A stretch of 64,000 nt of DNA from a virus (IMGVR_UViG_3300030101_002520:32001-96000), one strand, 5' to 3'. Numbered from the stretch's first letter, positions 44,939-54,752 are shown. Made by a program: numbers and translations. The notes: generated by a model not told the origin, from the sequence alone.

Positions 44939-45063
44939 TGGCAGCTAGAAACACGTTTACATTTAGAAGCAATGGTGGTAAGAAAAGAAGAGGTGTCCAC
45001 AGTAAAAATGCTAGCAAATCTCAAAATGCCTATAAGAAACCCTATAGAGGGCAAGGAAGATAA
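44938..45063 (+). CDS. 41-aa highly basic peptide ending KKPYRGQGR (not in ORF track)
   Basis: MAARNTFTFRSNGGKKRRGVHSKNASKSQNAYKKPYRGQGR*. TAATG-coupled and ends at the terminator. Confidence 0.65.
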   Translation: MAARNTFTFRSNGGKKRRGVHSKNASKSQNAYKKPYRGQGR

Positions 45064-45096
45064 AAAAGAGGAGACTATTGATCTCCTCTTTCTTTT
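45062..45096. terminator. Bidirectional intrinsic terminator at the convergent module junction
   Basis: AAAGAGGAGA-ctattga-TCTCCTCTTT flanked by A and T runs. Confidence 0.75.
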
Positions 45097-45395
45097 ATAA
45101 GCCCCTCAAGAATTATAAGATAGTTTATGGCATCTCCTATTTTTTCTTCTAACAGTTCATCTGTTGGGACCTCTCCGGGACATTTGCTTATAATGGTTTT
45201 AATACATTCAAAATGTTTGCAAGCATATTCCCAAGCTACACCTTCTGGTGTATCATGAAAAGAAAAACCTACACCATTTTTAAATGATTGGAATACATCT
45301 AGGTCAGTAGCATATTCGTTCATCTTAATAGCATAAGTTTCTCTAGTTTTAGTGAACCTCTGTTCTAGAAGTTCCATGAATTTGTCATAAGTCAT
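45075..45395 (-). CDS. DUF1599/Nmad1-like all-alpha NTP-pyrophosphatase-superfamily protein
   Basis: K(M)NEYA...DVFQSF...KH...EEKIGDAINYLIIL. Confidence 0.65.
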   Translation of the reverse strand: MTYDKFMELLEQRFTKTRETYAIKMNEYATDLDVFQSFKNGVGFSFHDTPEGVAWEYACKHFECIKTIISKCPGEVPTDELLEEKIGDAINYLIILEGLIKERGDQ

Positions 45396-45508
45396 ACTTC
45401 TTTTTCAAGCTTTCTTAAGACTTCAGGATCAACAATTGGCATGCCATCCTCATTCACATTATTAGGAACAGTTGGTTCCTCCATAGAAATCATTTTTTCT
45501 AAATCCAT
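45392..45508 (-). CDS. 38-aa acidic hypothetical peptide (not in ORF track)
   Basis: MDLEKMISMEEPTVPNNVNEDGMPIVDPEVLRKLEKEV*, with ATGA overlap to the next gene. Confidence 0.5.
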   Translation of the reverse strand: MDLEKMISMEEPTVPNNVNEDGMPIVDPEVLRKLEKEV

Positions 45509-45525
45509 AAATAAATAATTAAAAA

Positions 45526-45699
45526 TTAAAGTTCTTCACCAAAACATTTTTTCATTAATCTTGTTAATCTTAACTCAATGCTGGTGATTAATTCAGTTAA
45601 AGTGGTTAAAGCTAATGCTGTAACCCAGAATATTATAATGATAATTAGTAGCATAGAACCGCTAATCATCTTAATGCAATTTAATAAAAATTTTCCCAT
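45526..45699 (-). CDS. 57-aa single-TM membrane protein (not in ORF track)
   Basis: MGKFLLNCIKMISGSMLLIIIIIFWVTALAL...CFGEEL*. Starts 1 nt after the SPL stop. Confidence 0.55.
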   Translation of the reverse strand: MGKFLLNCIKMISGSMLLIIIIIFWVTALALTTLTELITSIELRLTRLMKKCFGEEL

Positions 45700-45700
45700 T

Positions 45701-46579
45701 TTAAAATATATATCTAATTTTATTCCAAGGTATTACGTTATCATGTTCTTTTATAAATGCATCAATAAATTGTTCTTTTAATTTATGTTTATATCTAACG
45801 TTTCTACCTCCATACTGTGATGTTTTACTCTCCTGCAGACTAGGTGTCCACAAATCTATTTCTTGTTTTTCTTTATGATCTATTAAGTTTTTATAATGTT
45901 TATTCTTGTTATGTGTTAAAAATATACACTCAGCATAAACACCTTCTTCATATCTTACATTGTTATTTATTAAAGCAAATAACTCTTCATAGTCATCTAA
46001 CCAGCCTTCATAAACTAATATGGGACTAAAGTTAATATGAACATCATATCCTGCTTCTTTAAACTTATCTATTGCTTGTACTCTTTCTAATATTGTTGAT
46101 GTATTGGGTTCATGTAATGCACGTTTCTTTTCAGGCATCATACTAAACCGTATTCTAATCTTCTTGTTTGGATTGTATTTAAGTAATTCTTTGTTAACAT
46201 ATTTAGTTGCAAAGCTTCCCATTATATCTTCATTATACTTGAAAAAATCAAATATAAATTGCCAATCATGGTATTTACAATGAAGAGCAAAGTCTTCATT
46301 ACAACTAATATCATATGTAATATATTTTGGATGTGTTTGATTTGGTTTTTTTGTTTCTAGTTTTGCAAATATAGAATGGTTGTTTATCTCTGTAAGTATT
46401 TGGTTTGCATTTGTTGCTATTGATAATCCTTCAGGCTTGTGCCTTTTCATATAACAATATGAACAATCATATAAACATCCCCAACCAAAGCTTGGAGATA
46501 TAAAGTCTGTAGATCTACCCGAAGGTCTAATCTTCAGACTTTTTCTAATATCTCTAGTGACTAATGTCATATCTTCCAC
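45701..46579 (-). CDS. Spore photoproduct lyase-like radical SAM enzyme
   Basis: GCLYDCSYC (CxxxCxxC), DISCNED, SFATKY, RIRFSMM, EPNTSTILERVQA...AGYDVHINFSPIL..EGW follow the SplB motif order. Confidence 0.85.
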   Translation of the reverse strand: MEDMTLVTRDIRKSLKIRPSGRSTDFISPSFGWGCLYDCSYCYMKRHKPEGLSIATNANQILTEINNHSIFAKLETKKPNQTHPKYITYDISCNEDFALHCKYHDWQFIFDFFKYNEDIMGSFATKYVNKELLKYNPNKKIRIRFSMMPEKKRALHEPNTSTILERVQAIDKFKEAGYDVHINFSPILVYEGWLDDYEELFALINNNVRYEEGVYAECIFLTHNKNKHYKNLIDHKEKQEIDLWTPSLQESKTSQYGGRNVRYKHKLKEQFIDAFIKEHDNVIPWNKIRYIF

Positions 46580-47403
46580 TCTTCAAATGTGTCATAATCT
46601 TGCGCTTCAAGATCTGCAAATAACCCATCAGTAGTGTCAATTGTAGGTGTAACCCAAGTTGTATCTTTCTGATGTAATCCTGCTTGACTTAATAACTCTG
46701 CAGTCATAAACTCATGAAATCTAACTTGATCACTCATCCAGGTACGTGGATGTGACTTCTTAAAAGAATGTGTAACATGATTGTAAAATGTCCATGCATT
46801 ATTAAGATCAGCTGAATAATGATATGATGGATCTTTCATCTCTGCTTTTATAACAGAAACTTGTGATGCATCAATAATCTCTTCATCTAAGAATAATCTT
46901 CCAACTAGTTCTGCCTGACTCTTTTTAGGTAGAAATATTTGTCTCATCTTATTCTTATCATCAATTAACTTATCAAAGTATTTGTTGGCTGACTTAATTT
47001 GTGAACTTATTTGAGTATGAATGTCATGATCTGCTTTACCTGTATGTTTTCTAGCATAGTTTGCCATGTCTCCACATAACATACCATTGCTACATACATT
47101 TACGAAAGCTCCTACAGCACACTGAAACCGTGTACTTTTATCATAAGAGTTAGTCCAGGCAAACATCATGCCCATTTCTTCATCTTTGGTAGAGGCAAGG
47201 TGATATACACCCTGCGCTACCTTTGCATTCATATTAGCTCTATATAGCTCTTTTGTGATTCTAAATCCATTATTGTCTAATAGAGTTTTAGTTGTCTCTA
47301 TGACATCTTTATGAGGAATAACTGTGTAAGTTTTTCCATGATTAGGTAGTGGAGCTGCCACTAAAAAATCTTTTGTAGTATTTATTGGTCTTGTGTATCC
47401 CAT
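46567..47403 (-). CDS. DUF932-family protein
   Basis: YTVIPH, NSYDKS, GAFVNVCSNGM, RKHTG, AWTFYNHVT. Confidence 0.75.
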   Translation of the reverse strand: MGYTRPINTTKDFLVAAPLPNHGKTYTVIPHKDVIETTKTLLDNNGFRITKELYRANMNAKVAQGVYHLASTKDEEMGMMFAWTNSYDKSTRFQCAVGAFVNVCSNGMLCGDMANYARKHTGKADHDIHTQISSQIKSANKYFDKLIDDKNKMRQIFLPKKSQAELVGRLFLDEEIIDASQVSVIKAEMKDPSYHYSADLNNAWTFYNHVTHSFKKSHPRTWMSDQVRFHEFMTAELLSQAGLHQKDTTWVTPTIDTTDGLFADLEAQDYDTFEEWKI

Positions 47404-47421
47404 AATTTGTTGATTTTAATG

Positions 47422-47464
47422 CCAGAGGGGAGCCGTGCACGAACGAAATCCTTGGCTCCCTTGG
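47422..47464 (-). promoter_or_regulatory. GC-rich stem-loop in the predicted 5' UTR of the DUF932 gene
   Basis: GGGAGCC (47428-47434) pairs with GGCTCCC (47454-47460). No U-run. Lies between the promoter at 47486 and the start at 47403. Confidence 0.5.
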
Positions 47465-47485
47465 ACTTTATGAATTATAACATTA

Positions 47486-47493
47486 CAAATATA
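47486..47493 (-). promoter_or_regulatory. Bacteroidota sigma70 -7 element TATATTTG
   Basis: TAnnTTTG consensus in the intergenic gap after polB. Confidence 0.6.
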
Positions 47494-47503
47494 ATAATAA
47501 AAC

Positions 47504-49408
47504 TTATTGAAACAATAACAATTGGTTATTTTTTACACCAATTATGTTATTTATTTCTTTCTCAATTGCATTTAGATAATATTTCTCATTAATGTCATAG
47601 TCTGACCATTTTTTATTTTCTATCTTATTCATTACAGTTTGGACCCATTGCCCAGACTCTAACTGTATTTCTCTCTTATCATTCTTATTTATCTTGACTA
47701 TCTTACAACCTTTATTTGAAATATAATATCTATTAATTTTTTGCAATTCATCTTGTTTAGCAACACCTTTATCTACATATATAGCATGTTGCCTCCATGC
47801 ACCTTTAGATTTTGCTCCTATACAATAATCAAGAATATTTCTATTATGTTTTATTGTATATTCTGGTAAAGTTCCATCAACAAAGTAGGCATACAATGCT
47901 TTTGGAATGATCAGTTTAGACTTGTTCTTATGAAGTGCTAACCCCTCAAACTCAAATCTACCTTTACATTTAGCTTTACCATTAGTATCCACTGCTATAT
48001 AGTTGTTAACATCAGCTAACACTAGTTTACTATATTGATCATGTTCAAGATTAAGACCGGTTATCTGTTCCCACTCTTTACAAACTTCCATATAAGTATC
48101 TATATACTCACGTGGTATGATAGTTTCTACACCATCAGTATTTTGCATGAGTGCTACAGCATCTGGTATTCTTGTCATAATCATTTCATACAACATCATT
48201 AATGTTAATTGACCATTAACAGTAATAAACATAGTAAACTGAGGATCATATAGAAAAGAGTTCTTATCATTACTTAACCCATAGGTTGAGTTTAAGATAA
48301 TTTTATATACATAGTTCATTGGATCACTCTTTGGTATCTTCTTTCTTTCATCAAAGAACCATTGATATAATTCACAAAACTTTTCTTTAGGTATATGAGC
48401 TGGTGCATACTTATTAACAATAGCTAAGTTAGGATAGAAGCTAGTAACATCCGAAGACATTATAACTCTCTGAGCATCAGACTCATATACTCCAGGTTTA
48501 GTAGCACCATGAGCACCGCCTAATCCAAAGTCAGTCTTTACACCTTTATATATAACAGAAGATTTGAATCCTCCTTTAGTATAATTAGGATTTATTTCTA
48601 CAGTTTTAAACCTTTCTAATAAATTTTTAAACTCAGGTGTTTCAAACTTAACATAGTCTAATATAAGATCCTTAACTTTAATTACATTTCTAAATGTTCT
48701 TAACTTCTTAACTTCATGTCTTGGCATGTCTAGTTCTTTACTAAGATAGTAAGCAAAGATTTCTTTACTTATCCTTGGTTCAGATGCACTAAATAGATTA
48801 ATATCATATCTTTCAGTTAAGTTCTTTCTTAATGCAATTAAAGGTTTACATCTATTAAAAACTTCTTTAGTAGCTTCTACATCATTGATACAGTATTCAA
48901 TAACTAAATCTAACTGATTCTGTGTATTTATCTCTGTATTATGATGTATAGGCATGTCTAATATATTATCCCAGTCCATGGTATATTCTATCCATTTAAG
49001 ACTAGATCTCTTAGCCATATTATCCCAATGATTTAGCTTAAACACATCTATCTGTTTAATGCACATATGCCATTCAGGAAATTCTTGAAACTCATGGTTA
49101 TGTGCTTTCTCTATACATTGTTGCGCATAACTATATATCTCACCGGCAATGTCTTCTCCCTCCATTAAGTCCCATTCTTTGTAATGTTTTATAATATAGT
49201 GAGTGATCTGTGCATCAAATGCTAATCCGTTATAGGATATATGCCACTCTTTATTTTCCGTATTTTCTTTAAGAAACTCTAGGAACTTACTAAAGTCATT
49301 ACGCTGTTTGCATATTGCAAAGACTTTAGTTTCTTCAGTCTTGTAGTGTTTAAATACACCAACAAAACAGTTCACTAGGGTTTCATAATCCATTACCCAG
49401 TGATTCAT
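47504..49408 (-). CDS. polB: Family B DNA polymerase with 3'-5' exonuclease
   Basis: ExoI DYE, ExoII YNGLAFD, ExoIII YCINDV. Pol motifs SDVTSFYPN, KIILNSTYG, NTDG. Confidence 0.92.
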   Translation of the reverse strand: MNHWVMDYETLVNCFVGVFKHYKTEETKVFAICKQRNDFSKFLEFLKENTENKEWHISYNGLAFDAQITHYIIKHYKEWDLMEGEDIAGEIYSYAQQCIEKAHNHEFQEFPEWHMCIKQIDVFKLNHWDNMAKRSSLKWIEYTMDWDNILDMPIHHNTEINTQNQLDLVIEYCINDVEATKEVFNRCKPLIALRKNLTERYDINLFSASEPRISKEIFAYYLSKELDMPRHEVKKLRTFRNVIKVKDLILDYVKFETPEFKNLLERFKTVEINPNYTKGGFKSSVIYKGVKTDFGLGGAHGATKPGVYESDAQRVIMSSDVTSFYPNLAIVNKYAPAHIPKEKFCELYQWFFDERKKIPKSDPMNYVYKIILNSTYGLSNDKNSFLYDPQFTMFITVNGQLTLMMLYEMIMTRIPDAVALMQNTDGVETIIPREYIDTYMEVCKEWEQITGLNLEHDQYSKLVLADVNNYIAVDTNGKAKCKGRFEFEGLALHKNKSKLIIPKALYAYFVDGTLPEYTIKHNRNILDYCIGAKSKGAWRQHAIYVDKGVAKQDELQKINRYYISNKGCKIVKINKNDKREIQLESGQWVQTVMNKIENKKWSDYDINEKYYLNAIEKEINNIIGVKNNQLLLFQ

Positions 49409-49410
49409 AT

Positions 49411-49599
49411 TTAATAGTTTTCATAAATACAAACATTATCATTACATAATGAACTGTTTGTAAAATATAGTTGATTTACATTGTGACCATTATAGTTAGG
49501 ATCAAAGTTTATTGCATCCCAATCACAACAAACTTGATCCTCTAACTCTCTTTCACAACTTGTAAATATTAATAATAAAAGTATTATATATTTATACAT
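49411..49599 (-). CDS. Small lipoprotein with one divergent GCxD..NYD..C repeat (start revised to 49599)
   Basis: MYKYIILLLLIFTS|C lipobox, acidic ERELED, CCDWDAINFDP...NDNVCIY. Confidence 0.65.
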   Translation of the reverse strand: MYKYIILLLLIFTSCERELEDQVCCDWDAINFDPNYNGHNVNQLYFTNSSLCNDNVCIYENY

Positions 49600-49601
49600 A
49601 G

Positions 49602-50312
49602 CTACCAATTTATTGGTTCTTCACCATTATTAATTAAGTTTTCATTTATTTTTTTAAATACATTGTCTGAATCCCATTTGCCACCACGGTATGCAGCAGC
49701 TGCAGGATGTGCAACAAAATGTTTATTGTGATCATTAGGAATCATCTTTGCAAAAGGTTTAGCTTTAGCACCCATAAATACAAACTCAAGTATTTTAGGA
49801 TAATCAGCTAAAGTATGTGCAAAAATAGATGAACTCCAATTTTTCCATATCTTAACATGAGCACCAATGTTATCTACCTCACATGTTAGTGCAGTATTTA
49901 ACATAAGCACGCCTTGCTTAGACCATCTACTTAGATCACAGTCTCTGGTTGCATCTGGATACTGTGTTTGTAGTTCATCAAATATATATCTCAATGATGG
50001 TTGTTCTTTATTAGTCTTTGAACAACTAAATGCTATACCATCAGCAACACCTTCTTGAGGATATGGATCTTGACCAACAATTATAACTTTAAGTTTTTTA
50101 TATGGGCACATCTCATACGCTTTGAGTAGATCACGAAATTTAGGTGTAAACTTCTTGCCATTATCAACTTCTTTAGCTAATTCTAATAGTGGATCAGAAA
50201 ATGCTTTTGAATGTATTGTATTCCAAAGTGTTTCTGCCCAACTTGTATATGGACTTTCAGAAGCATCTGAAAGCTTATTCATAAATTTTTCTTGTATTTC
50301 TTTTATATTCAT
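49602..50312 (-). CDS. ung: Uracil-DNA glycosylase family 1 (start revised to 50312)
   Basis: GQDPY, ADGIAFS, QPSL, QGVLMLNTALT, HPAA. Confidence 0.92.
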   Translation of the reverse strand: MNIKEIQEKFMNKLSDASESPYTSWAETLWNTIHSKAFSDPLLELAKEVDNGKKFTPKFRDLLKAYEMCPYKKLKVIIVGQDPYPQEGVADGIAFSCSKTNKEQPSLRYIFDELQTQYPDATRDCDLSRWSKQGVLMLNTALTCEVDNIGAHVKIWKNWSSSIFAHTLADYPKILEFVFMGAKAKPFAKMIPNDHNKHFVAHPAAAAYRGGKWDSDNVFKKINENLINNGEEPINW

Positions 50313-50328
50313 AATGTGATTTTTGTGT

Positions 50329-50362
50329 AAAAAAAAGGGAGCCGTCACACAAACCAGCTCCC
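50329..50362 (-). terminator. Intrinsic terminator
   Basis: Minus-strand GGGAGC-loop-GCTCCC followed by T8. Confidence 0.65.
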
Positions 50363-50401
50363 TAGAAAACAAAGACAGGACATTTTTAGGCTGTCCTACA
50401 C

Positions 50402-50839
50402 CTATGCCTTTTCAACTATATCAGGTTTTCCAACCGGAATAATTTTATCTTTATCCTCTTTAGGATATAAGAAAGACTTATAATCAAATGTTTTTGAATT
50501 GATTGCAAAAGATTCTACAAATCCTTCAATCTCTTCTGGGGTAAGCAAATAGAATTCTGAAAAAGTATCAACTAATCTTCTTTCTTCCTTGTATTCTTTA
50601 CCATTTGGTCTTTTACTTTTTGCTTTGATAGGATCACCATTGTCATCTAACTTAGCTACCATGTGGTAAGATTGCTTCATTGTTTTAGTGATAACTGCCA
50701 TTACATTATCTTTTTCTGAGTATATACACTCAACAAAAGGACAGCTGTTAGTTACAGGTATCATCTTAAATGCTTTAGCCATACTTTGAAAGTCTGGTGC
50801 ATTTATTAATATCATATTTTTGCCAATTTTTTCGCTCAT
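50402..50839 (-). CDS. Hypothetical protein
   Basis: 145-aa ORF with its own promoter and terminator. Confidence 0.6.
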   Translation of the reverse strand: MSEKIGKNMILINAPDFQSMAKAFKMIPVTNSCPFVECIYSEKDNVMAVITKTMKQSYHMVAKLDDNGDPIKAKSKRPNGKEYKEERRLVDTFSEFYLLTPEEIEGFVESFAINSKTFDYKSFLYPKEDKDKIIPVGKPDIVEKA

Positions 50840-50857
50840 AATATATTATTTAAAAAG

Positions 50858-50865
50858 CAAATATA
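50858..50865 (-). promoter_or_regulatory. Bacteroidota sigma70 -7 element TATATTTG
   Basis: TAnnTTTG, 19 nt upstream of the ATG at 50839. Confidence 0.6.
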
Positions 50866-50870
50866 ATAAA

Positions 50871-51449
50871 TTATTTAAATAATTGAAGTTCTAGTACTTG
50901 TTTTTTAAAATCCTCTTTATCCAAATCCGGTTTATCACATAGCTCTACAGTTTCTATTAACAGAGATACAGGTACATTTAAAATTTCAGAGTAAACATCA
51001 TAATATTTTTCAGGAAATAAATAACTCTCCATATATTTAGATATAGTTCCTATATCACCAAAAAAGTCTAATATAATATCTTTAGTTAACCCAGCAAACT
51101 TTGAATATTTCCCAGCTCTAAACATTTTTATATCATGTTTAAAATAATCTAAATTAAATACAATTATTTCTAAATCATCTGTATGATGTCTTGAGTGGTA
51201 GAATTTATTAGTCTCTAAATACTTTGTAACAAATGCATTAAACTCTTGTTTGGTTCGTACCTCTTCTTCATTCTTAGTTACTTTACTAATTTGATATGCA
51301 CATATTAATACATTTTCAGAATCAATAAGATCATGATTCCAAGTTATATATGTTTCTGCAGGAACAAATCTTATACCCTTTTTAATTCCTAATAAAGGGT
51401 ATAAGAATACTTTGCTCTTTTGAAAATAAGATTTATAAATTTGTTTCAT
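50871..51449 (-). CDS. Hypothetical protein coupled to the exonuclease
   Basis: 192-aa ORF with ATGA overlap. Confidence 0.6.
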   Translation of the reverse strand: MKQIYKSYFQKSKVFLYPLLGIKKGIRFVPAETYITWNHDLIDSENVLICAYQISKVTKNEEEVRTKQEFNAFVTKYLETNKFYHSRHHTDDLEIIVFNLDYFKHDIKMFRAGKYSKFAGLTKDIILDFFGDIGTISKYMESYLFPEKYYDVYSEILNVPVSLLIETVELCDKPDLDKEDFKKQVLELQLFK

Positions 51450-52438
51450 AGTGTTACATTACCGTTTGCAAAATCATATGGCAAGTCATATTTTCTTTCA
51501 CTGTAGTGATAATTTGCTAACTGTAGTGCTCTATTTAATTCATTCATCCATCTTAGTAAGGTTTCTTCTGATACAGGAAATACATAGACTTGATCATACT
51601 TATCTATAACAACAAATTTAAAAATAATTTTGTAATCTTGCTGCTTTTCATCAACATTTTTAATAACAAGTAGTGAATATACAGCTGCTTGTAGCCAATA
51701 ATTGTAAAAATCTACAGTTTCTGCAAAGTTTTCTAATGGTTTTGCAGTAGTTTTAAGATCTACAATAGTTATTGTCTTTGACTCATCATCAACTATATAC
51801 TTATCAACAATACCTTTTAATCCAAATTTATAATCAGATAAATCACATTGTAATTTTTTCTCATTGTATACTTGAATGGTATCCATTTCAAAATCAGTGG
51901 CTTCTTGCATTAGTAACTTAGTTACATCATCATTAGCCCGGATTATAACAACACGATCCATACAACGTGCAAATGTATCCGCATCAATTATAGTTTTACC
52001 TGTTGTTTGTAGAAATTTAAAATACTCCTCACTCTCCTCTGTTATTATTTTATCTAGTCTTTTACTATCTTCCTTAAACGATTGATATAAATTCTCTTCT
52101 TTCAAAGCTTTTAATATCTGATCATCTAAATCTTTTAATTTTATATAATTTTTTGGATCAACAATTTTACTGCTGACATTTCTTAATACTCTTTTTACAG
52201 AATCCGATGGCATCTTTAGTGGTGTCATCACGAATTCTTCATTAAACCTATCTGGTTCTAATAGTAGCAGGTGTATTAGTCTACCTTCTATTAGATGTTT
52301 ATCCATCTTAGTTTCCCTTTCTTTAAGGATATAATCTCTATAAAAGAGTTTGGGTGAGAATAACAATCTGTTCAAGGAAGAGTAGCTGAAGCTAAACTCT
52401 CCCTTATAAAACAGATCTTCTTTGACTTTATCTATCAT
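51446..52438 (-). CDS. PD-(D/E)xK exonuclease (RecE/ExoVIII- or Cas4-like)
   Basis: FSYSSL, GRLIH, YNE, KGIVD, IVDLKT, YWLQAAVY. Confidence 0.8.
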   Translation of the reverse strand: MIDKVKEDLFYKGEFSFSYSSLNRLLFSPKLFYRDYILKERETKMDKHLIEGRLIHLLLLEPDRFNEEFVMTPLKMPSDSVKRVLRNVSSKIVDPKNYIKLKDLDDQILKALKEENLYQSFKEDSKRLDKIITEESEEYFKFLQTTGKTIIDADTFARCMDRVVIIRANDDVTKLLMQEATDFEMDTIQVYNEKKLQCDLSDYKFGLKGIVDKYIVDDESKTITIVDLKTTAKPLENFAETVDFYNYWLQAAVYSLLVIKNVDEKQQDYKIIFKFVVIDKYDQVYVFPVSEETLLRWMNELNRALQLANYHYSERKYDLPYDFANGNVTL

Positions 52439-53697
52439 AATCTATGTGATTCAGTATGCATATCAACAAGATCTTCCATATACTGTAGATCTTCTTGAGT
52501 TGGAATTATCTTCTCTTTAAGTTCCGGTTTTAGTTGGATACTTTCAGGACTGATACTAAATACATTTTTACTATCAATACCCATCTGAGATGACAATACA
52601 TCATCATACATTTTTTGAGCAACTTCTTTCCAAGCAATTTCAGTTAATGCATTATCTTTAATTAGATATTCAATCAAGTAATTATAATTATGACACCAGT
52701 TCCAACCATTCATTTGTATATACTTATCAAACTTTTTCCTCACGGATTTAAAGTTAACAGTATTCCAAACAGATGAATCTCTCATAGAGTCACTTAAGAA
52801 TGAAAATAATAATGCTATATATGTATGAGACTTTTGAATATTACAATTAGCAATGATGCTCAAAGCTAAGTTCATATTCTCTTTGTCCCTAGTACCTTGC
52901 CAACCACAACCACTTTCGGTCTTTTCCCAACCAAGCATAGTTTTAAGTTGTATATACATCTCTTCTGTTAATACTTCAGAGTCTTCTGTAGCAACATCAT
53001 TAATATTACTGTCCCAAACAAGTTTTGATAGATTAGCTTGTATATCATTCCACTGATCTAATGATTCAATGTAATAATGATATTTAGTATTTCTACCTAT
53101 ATCTCTTGCTTTTTCACACATCTTAGAGTATCTATCAATATTACTAGCACCATCGTGGTAATATGAACTAAACCATTCTGATTCATATACAATATGAGCA
53201 TCTGCAGGTATTTTTTTTAGTGCATTTACAACTTCATCAAAAAGATCCTCTTCAAAACAATCTTGATAAATTTGTGCCCAAGAAAGTACATCTGCAGGAT
53301 CTGCTTGTGCAAGCCATCTGCTAACAAATAATCCATCAAAATACTTTTCAGATACAATACCATAGTCTGCCTGGTGAAAATCTCTTTTCAATTTAAGATC
53401 AAACTTTTCTTGTAGTATCTTTACCTTATCTCTTGATAAACTAAGTCTAGGAAATCTATATAATGAATCAGCATTTTTAAGATCATCAGATGTAATAGTT
53501 CCAATACCATTCATTATTTCTTTGATCTTTGTGTTATTACTTTTATTTCTATATCTACCACCACTATCACCTGATTCTATATAATGACCCAATTGTTTTA
53601 CTTTAAGGCAGCCACTTTGCATTATTAAAGCATTATTTATTTTATCCATTTTATTTGGGTCAATATCAATTAACCACAGTTGTTTTAAATCTGTCAT
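52435..53697 (-). CDS. Hypothetical protein, paralog of 53694-54752
   Basis: LYRFPRLSLSRDKVK...KLKRDFHQADYGIV, and LTEEMYIQLKTML...DKENMNLALSIIANCN. Confidence 0.6.
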   Translation of the reverse strand: MTDLKQLWLIDIDPNKMDKINNALIMQSGCLKVKQLGHYIESGDSGGRYRNKSNNTKIKEIMNGIGTITSDDLKNADSLYRFPRLSLSRDKVKILQEKFDLKLKRDFHQADYGIVSEKYFDGLFVSRWLAQADPADVLSWAQIYQDCFEEDLFDEVVNALKKIPADAHIVYESEWFSSYYHDGASNIDRYSKMCEKARDIGRNTKYHYYIESLDQWNDIQANLSKLVWDSNINDVATEDSEVLTEEMYIQLKTMLGWEKTESGCGWQGTRDKENMNLALSIIANCNIQKSHTYIALLFSFLSDSMRDSSVWNTVNFKSVRKKFDKYIQMNGWNWCHNYNYLIEYLIKDNALTEIAWKEVAQKMYDDVLSSQMGIDSKNVFSISPESIQLKPELKEKIIPTQEDLQYMEDLVDMHTESHRL

Positions 53698-54752
53698 TTC
53701 TTAATTTTTAAATATTTTCTATACTCCTCTTTAACTTGTACTTTAAAGGTATATAGTTCTCTATTATTAATACTAATTTCTTTACGAACAATAGGTTCAA
53801 GATACCTAAATGATTCTGCATCAAGACATTCTTCTTCCTCTAATGCTTTAATCATATCCTCAGCACTATGGCGAGCATAAGAATTAAAGTTAGCTTTATC
53901 TGCCCAATAGTTCATATCTTTATCTCTATTAAATCTATACATATAACCATTAACTTCTTTTGCTAGTTTCCATATAAGATGTTTCTTCTTTCTATAGTCA
54001 ATAGCAGGAATCATTTTTTTAACTAGTTCTCTTTCTTCCTCACTACCATGTTGAATCATTCTAATAAGATCATCCAGTAGTTGTTGATCAAGAATTGTTT
54101 TATTTGCTGACTCATTTAAACATGTCTCAGCATATATAACAGGTATTTGTTCATGTCTAATACGATAAGCAATTTGTATAGCTAATGGTGTAATAACCCA
54201 TTTTTCATACAAATCAGCATCATAATCCATAGAGTTTCTACTATATGTTTCTGCCATCTTATCATCAAATACAATTTGAATATTAGGATCTACATTTGGT
54301 TCACCATCTTTATTAGCTAAGTTTTCACTTACACTAATATCCATAGCTTCATAGTTCATGGCCTTAAACATCATGGTGTTAGTTCTAATTGACTCACCAT
54401 CACAATGATATTTACTCCACTCATCATGGGTTACAAAGAAATCAGCTGCACTGTAATCATTTGTTACAGTAATCTTGTGCTCTCTTAATGCTTCCTTTAA
54501 CCTAGGTAATGATACCGGGCATCCTGGAATTATAAAAGCTTTTTTATATTGAGTTAGATCTACTACATCTATCTCATCTTGAAACATATTTCTCATTACT
54601 TTGTAGGTATTGTTCATGTCAGAGAATATGGCTTGACCCATATCCCAACTTTGTCTAGAAAGAGCAACCTGATATACAGGCTGCCCTTCTAAACCAAAGT
54701 CTTCTAACTGCTCTTTAATAGCACCCAAAGTACAATTATAAACTTTACTCAT
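53694..54752 (-). CDS. Hypothetical protein with BRCT-like segment, paralog of 52435-53697
   Basis: AFIIPGCPVSLPRLK...TVTNDYSAADFFV, and LDQQLLDDLIRMI...SEEERELVKKMIPAID. Confidence 0.6.
   Translation of the reverse strand: MSKVYNCTLGAIKEQLEDFGLEGQPVYQVALSRQSWDMGQAIFSDMNNTYKVMRNMFQDEIDVVDLTQYKKAFIIPGCPVSLPRLKEALREHKITVTNDYSAADFFVTHDEWSKYHCDGESIRTNTMMFKAMNYEAMDISVSENLANKDGEPNVDPNIQIVFDDKMAETYSRNSMDYDADLYEKWVITPLAIQIAYRIRHEQIPVIYAETCLNESANKTILDQQLLDDLIRMIQHGSEEERELVKKMIPAIDYRKKKHLIWKLAKEVNGYMYRFNRDKDMNYWADKANFNSYARHSAEDMIKALEEEECLDAESFRYLEPIVRKEISINNRELYTFKVQVKEEYRKYLKIKK

Noticed and set aside
50313-50372. ORF-track N-terminal extension of UDG
   Set aside because: Runs through a terminator hairpin from a TTG start. 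The ATG at 50312 is more plausible.
51446-52438. Cas4 / CRISPR adaptation gene
   Set aside because: No Fe-S cysteine set, no cas neighbours and no array. Context indicates a recombination exonuclease.
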